Source: Actinomycetota bacterium (GTDB lineage Bacteria; Actinomycetota; Geothermincolia; Fen-727; Anoxymicrobiaceae). Taken from it: a stretch of DNA of 64,000 bases. Positions 28,307 through 36,815 of the stretch are shown in pieces; position 1 is the stretch's first letter; the number at the start of each line of letters is the position of its first letter. The notes beneath the pieces were generated by a model that was not told where the DNA came from, made no database searches, and saw only the letters and a program-made list of their open reading frames with translations. The translations under genes and the position numbers were made by a program. The DNA lies in assembly GCA_018831265.1 (NCBI GenBank), contig JAHJCO010000052.1:22597-86596 (forward strand), read 5' to 3'.

Positions 28307-28505
28307 GGGATCGGCGGGCGCAACGGGGTCCGCTGCCAGCGCCGCAGGGACGAACGGGGAAGCCAGGCAGAGAAGCCCGGCCGCTACCGCGATGGCGATT
28401 GCTCTTCTGATGAGAACCTCCTTCTCCGACTCCTTTGCTGTTTATATCGGACTAACGCGTCGTTACTAAAGTGTTATAATCCGCGCACGGGAAGACAGGG
28501 GGACG

Positions 28506-29447
28506 ATGGAAGACACCGGCGACGTCATCATCGAGGTGCGGGACCTCGTCAAAGTCTACGGCGCGACCCACGCGGTCAACGGCGTCTCCTTCGACGTCCG
28601 CGAGGGTGAGGTGTTCGGCCTGCTGGGGGAGAACGGCGCCGGAAAGACCACTGCGCTCGAGATAATCGAAGGCCTGCGCCAGCCCACCGGCGGCACCACC
28701 CGCGTCTTCGGCCTCGACAGCCGCACCGACATCGCGAGAATACGCGAGCGCATCGGGGTGCAGCTGCAGGCGTCGGCCTACTTCGAGGAGCTGACCCTCT
28801 TCGAGATACTCGACCTGTTCGGCTCCTTCTACCGCAGGCACCGGGAACCCGAGGAGCTCCTCTCGCTGGTCAACCTCCAGGGCAGGGCCCAGAGCAGGGT
28901 CGGTGAGCTTTCGGGGGGCATGAGGCAGCGATTCTCGCTCGTGGCCGCCCTGGTCAACGACCCCGAGCTGGTGTTCTTCGACGAGCCGACCACCGGCCTG
29001 GACCCGCTCGCCCGCCAGAACATCTGGGAGCTCATACGCAGCATACAGGCCGCGGGCAAGACCCTGGTCCTCACCAGCCACTACCTGGAGGAGGTCGAGT
29101 CGCTGTGCGGGCGGGTCGGTATCCTCAAGGACGGCGAGCTCATCGCGCTCGACAGGGTGAGCGACCTGGTGATGACCCTTGCCGACCCCATCAGGGTAGA
29201 CTTCCTGCCCCGTACCGCGATGTCTGATTCGACCGGGGAGTTTCTCGAGAAGGTGGGCAGGCTCGAGCGCTCCACCCGGCGCGCGGGCGAGTTCACCCTC
29301 TACCTGGCCGACCGCGACACCCTCAAGCGCGCCATAAGGGAGCTGGACCGGGTGGACCTGGACCGCCTGACGGTCAGCACCGCCAACCTGGAGGACGTGT
29401 TCGTGAAGCTGACCGGCGGAACGATCCGCGTCGAAGAGGAGTCCTAG
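28506..29447 (+). CDS. ABC transporter ATP-binding protein (ABC-2/DrrA-like)
   Basis: Walker A GENGAGKTT; signature LSGGMRQRFSL; Walker B VFFDEPTTGLD. Confidence 0.85.
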   Translation: MEDTGDVIIEVRDLVKVYGATHAVNGVSFDVREGEVFGLLGENGAGKTTALEIIEGLRQPTGGTTRVFGLDSRTDIARIRERIGVQLQASAYFEELTLFEILDLFGSFYRRHREPEELLSLVNLQGRAQSRVGELSGGMRQRFSLVAALVNDPELVFFDEPTTGLDPLARQNIWELIRSIQAAGKTLVLTSHYLEEVESLCGRVGILKDGELIALDRVSDLVMTLADPIRVDFLPRTAMSDSTGEFLEKVGRLERSTRRAGEFTLYLADRDTLKRAIRELDRVDLDRLTVSTANLEDVFVKLTGGTIRVEEES

Positions 29448-30551
29448 TTGGGCGAGAGCACGGAGAAAGAACCGACACTGGACAGGGCCAGGCGAAAGGG
29501 CACGGTCCCCAAGCTGCTCGGGGCCAGCATAAAGATGCTCTATCGCGACCGCACGGGCCTGTTCTGGGCGCTGGTGTTCCCCCTGCTGTTCGTGTTGGTG
29601 TTCGGGCTGTTCGGCAAGACCAGCTCGGTGGGCACGGTCACCATAGTGGACGAGGCCAGGAACGAGTCCTCGGCCGCCATTAAAACCGCCTTCGAGGAGG
29701 CCAAGTCGTTCACGGTGAAGGCCGACGACTACAGCGTCGAGGAGGCCCGCGAGGCCATCAAGGACAACAAGACGGGCTTGGTGGTCATAATCCCGAGGGA
29801 CTTCCAGATAGGCGCGGCCGCGCCCGAGCTCACGGTGGTGTCCGGGAGCGGCAACGTGCTCGTCAACAGCTCGGCGATGAACCTGCTGACCAACCTGGGC
29901 GCCCAGCGGGTCATCGCGCTGAAGAGTGACGAGACGACGACCAACACCGTCACCTACTTCGACTTCGTGTACGCCGGCATCCTGTGCCTCGCGCTCATGA
30001 ACTACAACATCACGAACGTAGACACGCAGCTCACATCCTTCAGGGAGCAGAAGATACTCAAGCGGCTGCAGACCACACCTCTGCCGGTCTGGAAGTTCAT
30101 GACGGCGCAGATAGGCTCGTTCCTGGTGCTGAACGTCTTCCAGGTGATCGTGCTTCTGATTGTCGGGGTCGCGATGTTCGGCGCCCACATCTACGGGAGC
30201 TATGCGGGTGTCGTTGTGCTGTGCCTCATCGGGGCGGTGCTGTTCCTCGCCTTCGGGTTCTTCCTGGCGAGCTTTACGAAGACAATACGGGCGGCGTCCG
30301 GGCTGTCGGTCTCCATATCGATAATCTTCATGTTCATGTCGGGCGTCTTCTTCCCGCTGTCGGGGCTGCCGAACGCCATCTACCAGGTGGTGCGGTGGCT
30401 GCCGCTCTCTCCGATGATCCAGGCCATGAGGAACGTCGCGCTGGACGCCCAGCCGCTGGCCGACCAGTGGTCCTACATACTCATCATGCTGGGGTGGCTG
30501 GTGGTGCTGGTGGTCGCCAGCGCCTTCACGTTCCGATTCTCGGAGGAGTAG
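29448..30551 (+). CDS. ABC-2 family transporter permease
   Basis: 367 aa, 6 TM. Adjacent to and overlapping the ATPase stop (TTG start). Confidence 0.75.
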   Translation: MGESTEKEPTLDRARRKGTVPKLLGASIKMLYRDRTGLFWALVFPLLFVLVFGLFGKTSSVGTVTIVDEARNESSAAIKTAFEEAKSFTVKADDYSVEEAREAIKDNKTGLVVIIPRDFQIGAAAPELTVVSGSGNVLVNSSAMNLLTNLGAQRVIALKSDETTTNTVTYFDFVYAGILCLALMNYNITNVDTQLTSFREQKILKRLQTTPLPVWKFMTAQIGSFLVLNVFQVIVLLIVGVAMFGAHIYGSYAGVVVLCLIGAVLFLAFGFFLASFTKTIRAASGLSVSISIIFMFMSGVFFPLSGLPNAIYQVVRWLPLSPMIQAMRNVALDAQPLADQWSYILIMLGWLVVLVVASAFTFRFSEE

Positions 30552-30571
30552 TCCCCCTCTAGAGGTGGCAG

Positions 30572-32125
30572 ATGGACCCGGTAGACCGCGAAGAAGACCT
30601 TCCGCCGCGAGACGAGGTGGAGCTGGTCGGCTCCGCCTTCCAGGCGGTCGCCGACGCCTTCATAGTCTATGACCTCACCGGCAAGCCCCTGGTATGGAAC
30701 GGCGCTTACAACCGGATGGTCAACTGCTCCGACGAGGAGATCCGTGCACGCATGGCCTGGGACTTCCACCCCCCTGAGGACGTCGAGTTCGTCGCCGGGA
30801 CCTTCTTAGAGGTCATCGAGTCCGGGGAGCCCTCCTACATCGAGGCCGGCGTAAAGACCCGTACCGGCAGGGTCATCCCCTGCGGGCTCACCGGCTCGGC
30901 GCTGAAGAACGGCCACGGCGAGACCATCGCGCTCTGCGGCGTCGGGCGGGACCTTACCCAGCAGAAACGCGCGGAGGCCATCTACGGCATGGTGCTGAGG
31001 AGCACGCTCGAGGGATTCTGCGTCCTCGACCTTGACGGTACCATGCTGGAGGTGAACGACGCCTACTGCGAGATGCTCGGGTACAGCCGCGAGGAGATCC
31101 TGGGTATCGACATCGCCGACGTCGAGGTCAATGAGAGCCCCTCCGAGGTGAAGGAACATGTGCAACGTATCCTGGCCACCGGACACGATCGTTTCGAGAC
31201 GCGCCACCGGAGGAAGGACGGCGGCATCATGGATGTCGAGGTGAGCGTCTCCTTCAAGGATGTGGACCACGGCAGGTTCTACAGCTTTACGCGGGACATC
31301 ACACAGCGGAAGAGGATCGAGGCCGAGCTGCGGGAGCACAGGGACAACCTCCAGGGGCTGGTGAGGGAGAGGACGCGCGAGCTCGAGGAACTCAACGCGC
31401 AGCTCGTCCACGAGATAACCGAGCGCGGGCTGGCCGAGAAGGAATTGCGCAGGGTCAACCAGGAGCTGGAGGAGTACGCGCAGACGGTGTCGCACGAGAT
31501 ACGGACGCCTCTGTCCGGCATATTCCTGGCTCTCGAGTACCTGGAGCGGCTCGCCGGCACCATGTCACCCGGCGGGCTGGACCAGGAGATGGCGGGGATA
31601 GTCCAGAGCGCCAAGAGCGCCGTCTCTACGACCGAGGGCCAGGTGGACCGCCTGCTCAAGCTCGCGAGGGCCGGGCAGGTGCCCGAGGAGGTCGGCCCGG
31701 TCGACATCTCGTCAGTGGTCCAGGGCGTGCTCTGTGATCTGCAGGAGGAAGCGGTCCGGGCCAACGCCACCTTCGACGTTCGCGGCGACCTCGGGTCCAT
31801 TCGGGCGGACACTCTTCACGTGCAGCAGGTTTTCTCCAACCTGATCGCAAACGCCATCAGGCACAACAGCGGCGGCGACCCGGAGATACGGGTCTCTAGG
31901 CTGGATGGCCCCGGGCACCGTTTCATGGTCAGGGACAGCGGCATCGGACTTCCCGAGGAACTAACCGGAAACCTCTCCGACCCCGTGACACTGGGGAAGA
32001 GAGTGAAGGCTGGCCTGGGGCTCGCCATAGTGGGCAAGATCGTTCGGGTCTACAACGGCTCGCTGAAAGCCTACAACGACGGGGGCGCCTGCTTCGAGTT
32101 CGTGCTCTACGACTACCAGCGTTAG
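30572..32125 (+). CDS. cytoplasmic PAS-domain sensor histidine kinase (2 x PAS, HisKA, HATPase_c)
   Basis: PAS repeats; H-box SHEIRTPLSGI; N/G boxes ...NLIANAIRHN..., DSGIGLP, GLGLAIV. No TM and no adjacent response regulator. Confidence 0.8.
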   Translation: MDPVDREEDLPPRDEVELVGSAFQAVADAFIVYDLTGKPLVWNGAYNRMVNCSDEEIRARMAWDFHPPEDVEFVAGTFLEVIESGEPSYIEAGVKTRTGRVIPCGLTGSALKNGHGETIALCGVGRDLTQQKRAEAIYGMVLRSTLEGFCVLDLDGTMLEVNDAYCEMLGYSREEILGIDIADVEVNESPSEVKEHVQRILATGHDRFETRHRRKDGGIMDVEVSVSFKDVDHGRFYSFTRDITQRKRIEAELREHRDNLQGLVRERTRELEELNAQLVHEITERGLAEKELRRVNQELEEYAQTVSHEIRTPLSGIFLALEYLERLAGTMSPGGLDQEMAGIVQSAKSAVSTTEGQVDRLLKLARAGQVPEEVGPVDISSVVQGVLCDLQEEAVRANATFDVRGDLGSIRADTLHVQQVFSNLIANAIRHNSGGDPEIRVSRLDGPGHRFMVRDSGIGLPEELTGNLSDPVTLGKRVKAGLGLAIVGKIVRVYNGSLKAYNDGGACFEFVLYDYQR

Positions 32126-32207
32126 GGTCAAACCTGAAATCTTGCATTTCTTGCATCGGGGGTCAGACCTGAAACGCAAATTATGCAAGATTTCAGGTTT
32201 GACCCCT
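32125..32207. terminator. 22-bp perfect inverted repeat GGGTCAAACCTGAAATCTTGCA / TGCAAGATTTCAGGTTTGACCC around a diverged third copy; bidirectional terminator or MITE between convergent genes
   Basis: Seen directly. The inner segment contains GGGGTCAGACCTGAAACGCAAATTATGCA. Confidence 0.5.
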
Positions 32208-32225
32208 TTTGGCCTTTTGGCCTTT

Positions 32226-33431
32226 TTACGGGGCGCGGCTGCAGTCCCTCCCGCAATCGATTATCCACGGCTCGAACGGGAGGTTCGACATCACCTCGTT
32301 GCCGGTCTCGGTTATCAGCAGCGGGCGCTCGAGTCGGAACCCGGCCACGCCCGGCCTGTTGCAGATCACCGCTATCATCTGGATGTACCCCGGCTCGAGC
32401 ACGTAGTCGGGCTCGTTGTTGCCGGGGGACTCGGCCTCCGCCACGCACGGGTACCACTCGTGTCCGAAGTGACCTATTCCGTGGCCGTAGCCGGGGAGCA
32501 CCCACTCCCCCCAGCCGTTCTCCTGGACGAACGCGTTGCAGTTGCGCGTGACCTCGGCCAGGCTCCTGCCCGGCTGCATCTCCTCGACGACCTTGTAGCA
32601 GACCTTGGTGTATGCGTCGATGACCTCGCGCTGCTCGAGTGACGGCCTGCCCATTATCGCGTTGTGGGCCACGTCGCCCAGCATCAGCCAGTACATGCCG
32701 TGCAGGTCGATCATCACCGGCTCACCGCACTGGACGCGCTTGTCGGTCGCCGGCGTGCAGCCTCCCCAGAACCACCAGGTGCGGTACCCCGAGGCGATCT
32801 CCTGGCCGCCGGTGAAGGTCCAGGCGAACTGGCTGCCCAGGTCTCGCATGACCGCCTCGGCGATCCCGGCTATCTCCTTCTCGCTGATCCCCACCCGCAG
32901 GGCGTCGTGCACCTCCTCGTGGGCCGTATCGCAGATAGCGGTCGCCTGCCGCATCAGCTTTATCTCCTCGGGCTCCTTCACCAGGGTGAAGCGGTCCATC
33001 AGCTCGACGGCGTTCCTGAAGGTCGCATCGGGAAAACGCTCGCGCAGCTGCTCGTACTCGTACAGGGTGATGAAGCCGTCCGGCAGGTAGTTGGAGGTCC
33101 CGCTCTCGTAGCCTATGACGCCCTTCGCCAGCCCCAGCTCGTTGATGCGCAGGGATATCATGTCCAGGAAGTCCATGCCGGGAAGGCCGCCGTAGCCGAC
33201 CACGTTGTCCAGCCAGGACTCCTCCTTGAGCCGCCCGGCGTCCAGCAGCGAGGTTATGAGCTGGACCTCGCCCTCCGCCGGCACTATGACTACGCTCCGC
33301 CAGGGGACGAAACCGCCCGACATATGCGTTATGGTCTTCAGCTTGGTGCCGACCAGCACGTCGATACCCGCGTTCTTCAGCTCGTCCTGGAAGCTCGCGA
33401 TGCGCCTGGGGAAGTTGATGAAGGTCATCAT
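32226..33431 (-). CDS. M24-family metallopeptidase (Xaa-Pro aminopeptidase/creatinase-like)
   Basis: Start at MMTFINFPRRIASFQDELKNAGIDVLVG with GAGGAGG RBS. Creatinase N-domain plus pita-bread C-domain with His/Glu metal ligands (HGIGHFGHE). Confidence 0.75.
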   Translation of the reverse strand: MMTFINFPRRIASFQDELKNAGIDVLVGTKLKTITHMSGGFVPWRSVVIVPAEGEVQLITSLLDAGRLKEESWLDNVVGYGGLPGMDFLDMISLRINELGLAKGVIGYESGTSNYLPDGFITLYEYEQLRERFPDATFRNAVELMDRFTLVKEPEEIKLMRQATAICDTAHEEVHDALRVGISEKEIAGIAEAVMRDLGSQFAWTFTGGQEIASGYRTWWFWGGCTPATDKRVQCGEPVMIDLHGMYWLMLGDVAHNAIMGRPSLEQREVIDAYTKVCYKVVEEMQPGRSLAEVTRNCNAFVQENGWGEWVLPGYGHGIGHFGHEWYPCVAEAESPGNNEPDYVLEPGYIQMIAVICNRPGVAGFRLERPLLITETGNEVMSNLPFEPWIIDCGRDCSRAP

Positions 33432-33442
33432 GTGAACCGCCT

Positions 33443-33472
33443 CCTCGAATGTTGCAAAAGGGTCAGGCCCTT
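33443..33472. repeat. palindrome TGCAAAAGGG-TCAGG-CCCTTTTGCA in the M24 peptidase 5' region
   Basis: 10-bp perfect arms. Sibling of the 20228 and 48722 hairpins. Confidence 0.45.
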
Positions 33473-33500
33473 TTGCACATTCTATACGATGACTCAGATT

Positions 33501-33581
33501 GGGGTCAGGCAGCATTCAATTCACGCCCGTCGTTGTCGCACACAGGCAATTGCGCGCGCATTGAAAGTGCTGCCTGACCCC
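33501..33581. mobile_element. short MITE-like element with terminal inverted repeats GGGGTCAGGCAGCA... / ...TGCTGCCTGACCCC (about 80 bp)
   Basis: Same GGGGTCAGGCA terminal inverted repeat family as 12833, 44091 and 52846. Abuts the stop of the 33581 gene. Confidence 0.55.
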
Positions 33582-36439
33582 TATGGAAGCGGTTTGCCGT
33601 CCACGCAGCCCGGCGCCGGCCAGCCCATGATCTCGTAGATGGTGGGGGCGATGTCCCCTATCTCGACCTCCCGGTCGTAGACCCGGCCCGGCGCGTACGC
33701 GTCCGTCCCTGCCGGCGCCTTGAAAACCAGCGGCACGTAGGCGGTCTGCAGGCCGCCGTGGATGCCGGGCAGGCCGAACTGCACCGACTCCGGGACGTTT
33801 ATTCCGAAGCCGATCCCCACGTTGTTGATTCCGCTCGCGAGTGCGTCGCCGTGCGCCAGGGTCTGGTAGTTGTAGAGCGGGAAGACGAAAAGGTCGGGCC
33901 ATTCCTCGCCGTTGTCGGAGTCGGGGTGGTTTATCCACCACTCGCTGTACAGCTCCCGGGGCCTCACCCTCCCGGCCTCGCCGAAGTCCTTGCCGTCGAG
34001 CATCTCCTGCCGGTTCAGCACGGTGAGCGGCTTCACGGGGCCGAGGACCTGGTCGGTGACCGTGTACTCCTCCAGCACCTTCTGGATGTCGGCCGCCCTC
34101 TCAGGCTTCAGGACCCAGAGGCAGTTCATAGCCGTACCGCCGACCTCCTCGTAGTCCTCGTGCCTCAGGTAGCCGCGGTCGCGGAGGACGCTGCGCAGGT
34201 CGATGGCCTCGTAGCCGTCCTTGGGGTCCTTGGCGTTCTCCATCCCGTGGTCGGAAAGGACGACTACGATGCTGTTGTCGTAGACTCCACGCTCCTTCAG
34301 CTTATCCAGGAACTCCCCGAACAACACATCGGCTTCGCGGGCGATGTCGAAGCACTCGTCGCGGCGCATCCAGGGGCTGTAGATGTCGGTGTCGTCGGAA
34401 GGCGAGTCCTTCCCCTTCTTCCACTCGTTCTGCGGCCAGGACGCACCGGTGAAATGCCCGGTGTTGTCGAGATCGGCTATGTTGACGTAGGAAACGTCGG
34501 GGTCCTCCTCCTCCAGAGAGCGGAAGAACCCGTCCGCCAAGTAGCGGTCCTCCGCATGGAGGCCGGGATTCTTGCCGAAGAACAGCGACAGCGGGGCGCT
34601 TAGCAGCCGCGTGCCTACGACCAGGTCGAACTGCCCCAGCAGGGTGGGGATGAGCACCGCGCGCGTGTTGTTGCTGTGGAAGGCGCACTTTATGTTCGCC
34701 GATAGCCTGTCCTCGGGATCGGTATCGGTCTGCGGGTCGCCGGCGGCGCTGTACTTGTAGGGCGGCTTGTAGAACAGTGGGTGCTTCTCGGAGGTCCCCT
34801 CGATGTCCACGCTGCGCTCCGCCTCGAGGTCGGCCAGCCAGTTCTTGTTGGACCAGAAGCCGGTGGTGGCCTTCCCCCCGGTCTGCTGCTTGGCGACCTC
34901 GTACATGCGCTCCACCGGAAGCCCGTCCGGCCCGTAGCGGAGCAGGTCGAGCGTGTTAGGCCCGGAAAGCGTCTCGTCGTGCGGGCCGAAGCCCTTGAAG
35001 GTCCCACCGACCATGTACACACCCATGGTCCCGGTGTAGGTCCCGGCCAGCGCGTTGGTATGGTTCATGTCTGTAGCCGACGGCAGGTAGACCCGCGCGT
35101 CGGTGTAGTTGGTGCCCTCCGACAGGAACGCCTGTGTCTCGGGCATCAGCCAGTCCCCGTCCTTCCCCGGCCCGGTGCCCTTCTCGTCCAGGTAGAGGTA
35201 CTCGGGGTCCATGGAGTCGATCGACCAGTAGTAGATGTTGCGTACGTCGGTGACCTCCGCGGCGAGACGGGAGGTCTCGGTGCGACCGGAGGTGCTCTTC
35301 GCCGTCACGGTGATGCCGAGCCGCTCACCGGCAGGCGCCGCTCCCGGTGCGGTGGCCCGCACCACGACCTCATCTGTCTTGCCCGGCGCCAGGCCCTTTA
35401 TGTCCCCTGATTCCGGCTTCACGTCCCACCCTTCGGCGTCCTCCTCCACTGTGAGCTTGATATCCTGGCTGTCGGCCTCCAGGTTCGTGACGTGCAGGAT
35501 GAACGAGGTCTGCTCGCCTGGCATCACCTGGTGGGCACGCGGTTTGAGCCCCCCGAGGTCGTTCAGGCAGAAGAGCATCCCGGGGTTCACAAGGCTGACC
35601 TTCACCTCGGAGGTCTCTTCGGTGTACTTCCCCGGTCCCAGGAGGAGGGTGACCTCCTTGACCTCGTTCCTGGGGAGCGGCTCGGTCGGGACGACCTCAA
35701 CCGACATCTCGTACGGCTTCGAGAAGAGCAGGTTCCTGGTGCGCCCGTTGACCTTCGCGTTCCTTATGACCTTTCCGTTGATGTCCTTCCAGGTCACCTT
35801 GCAGGGGAAGTCCGCCCGGCTGCCGAGCTCGTATGTCTCGTCGGAGGCCCCCTCGTTCTTCGCGCTGAGGTGCCAGACCACGGGGTCCCCGACGTACTCC
35901 TGGAGCTCGGGGTCGAGGTACCCCTGGCCCGTGAACGGGATGCCGCGCGAGGTCTGGAGCAGGGGCCTGGAGTCAAGCGCCGTGCACTTGAGCCAGATGT
36001 GGTGGGCCTCCTCGCCGCGCGTTCCGATGACCTTTATCCAGCCGACGGTGTCCTCCGGCGTGCCCTTTTCGCACTCGACCGCTACGCGGGTGCTCGCGAC
36101 GCCGTCCTCTCCCTTCGGGGTGAGCTTCGGGTTGTCGACGCCCACCTTGAAGTAGCCCGAGTCGCACGACGGGACAAGGCCGACCTCTCCGGAAGCCTGG
36201 CCGATGTTGCGCACGTCCAGGGGCATGAACGTGCTCAGCTCTCCTGCCTGTGGCGCGACATACTGCTCCGGGTACATGCTGAAGAAGTCGAAGGTGGCGC
36301 CCCCGTTGGGGGTCTGCGCCCGGGCGCTGGTCCCCGCGCCCGCTGGTAAGAACCCCGCGCACAGCGCCGCGGCCGCCAGCACCGCGGCGACCATCCTCGC
36401 CTTTCCGGACACGGCCGGCCTCTTGTAGCCTCTCATCAT
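33581..36439 (-). CDS. large secreted protein: N-terminal Ig-like/beta-sandwich region + C-terminal alkaline-phosphatase-superfamily domain (type I phosphodiesterase / nucleotide pyrophosphatase-like)
   Basis: Signal peptide MMRGYKRPAVSGKARMVAAVLAAAALCAGFLPAGAG (GGGAG RBS before ATGATG). C-terminal NPP-like motifs WSIDSMDP, LSDHGM, GIHGG. Confidence 0.6.
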   Translation of the reverse strand: MMRGYKRPAVSGKARMVAAVLAAAALCAGFLPAGAGTSARAQTPNGGATFDFFSMYPEQYVAPQAGELSTFMPLDVRNIGQASGEVGLVPSCDSGYFKVGVDNPKLTPKGEDGVASTRVAVECEKGTPEDTVGWIKVIGTRGEEAHHIWLKCTALDSRPLLQTSRGIPFTGQGYLDPELQEYVGDPVVWHLSAKNEGASDETYELGSRADFPCKVTWKDINGKVIRNAKVNGRTRNLLFSKPYEMSVEVVPTEPLPRNEVKEVTLLLGPGKYTEETSEVKVSLVNPGMLFCLNDLGGLKPRAHQVMPGEQTSFILHVTNLEADSQDIKLTVEEDAEGWDVKPESGDIKGLAPGKTDEVVVRATAPGAAPAGERLGITVTAKSTSGRTETSRLAAEVTDVRNIYYWSIDSMDPEYLYLDEKGTGPGKDGDWLMPETQAFLSEGTNYTDARVYLPSATDMNHTNALAGTYTGTMGVYMVGGTFKGFGPHDETLSGPNTLDLLRYGPDGLPVERMYEVAKQQTGGKATTGFWSNKNWLADLEAERSVDIEGTSEKHPLFYKPPYKYSAAGDPQTDTDPEDRLSANIKCAFHSNNTRAVLIPTLLGQFDLVVGTRLLSAPLSLFFGKNPGLHAEDRYLADGFFRSLEEEDPDVSYVNIADLDNTGHFTGASWPQNEWKKGKDSPSDDTDIYSPWMRRDECFDIAREADVLFGEFLDKLKERGVYDNSIVVVLSDHGMENAKDPKDGYEAIDLRSVLRDRGYLRHEDYEEVGGTAMNCLWVLKPERAADIQKVLEEYTVTDQVLGPVKPLTVLNRQEMLDGKDFGEAGRVRPRELYSEWWINHPDSDNGEEWPDLFVFPLYNYQTLAHGDALASGINNVGIGFGINVPESVQFGLPGIHGGLQTAYVPLVFKAPAGTDAYAPGRVYDREVEIGDIAPTIYEIMGWPAPGCVDGKPLP

Positions 36440-36514
36440 CACTCCCATCCTGTACGGTCTTTCGCGTCGGATTCGCATCGGGGTCTCAACGCCGATGCGA
36501 AAACCCGGGCGGCT

Positions 36515-36799
36515 CTACTTCGCAGCGATCTCCTGGAGCGCCGTGTGGATGTCCCTGCCCATCCGGGCGAGGTACACCAGCAGGGCCCCGCTCCCGGCGA
36601 ACAGCCACACCGACAGCAGCATCATTACCATCGCCATGTAGAGAGCCGGGCTCTGGGTCCCGCCGTACTCGGTGATGGTCGCTGAGATCTTGACCATCAT
36701 CCCGATGACACCCACGGTCCCCAGCACCGCGATCACGGCGCACCCGATGAGCACCGCCTTGTGCCATGCCGCGTAGCCCGCCTTCTTTACCTCGTTCAT
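36515..36799 (-). CDS. small two-TM membrane protein (possible RdhB-like membrane anchor)
   Basis: About 94 aa from MNEVKK. TM helices AVLIGCAVIAVLGTVGVIGMMV and ALYMAMVMMLLSVWLFAGSGALLVYL. Lies immediately downstream of, and overlaps, the RdhA/QueG-like gene. Confidence 0.45.
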   Translation of the reverse strand: MNEVKKAGYAAWHKAVLIGCAVIAVLGTVGVIGMMVKISATITEYGGTQSPALYMAMVMMLLSVWLFAGSGALLVYLARMGRDIHTALQEIAAK

Positions 36800-36815
36800 C
36801 TGCCCCTCCTCTTCG

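Noticed and set aside
33516-33941. 141-aa minus-strand ORF overlapping the 3' end of the 33581 gene and the MITE
   Set aside because: The sequence is Arg-rich shadow. It runs through a repeat element and has no RBS.
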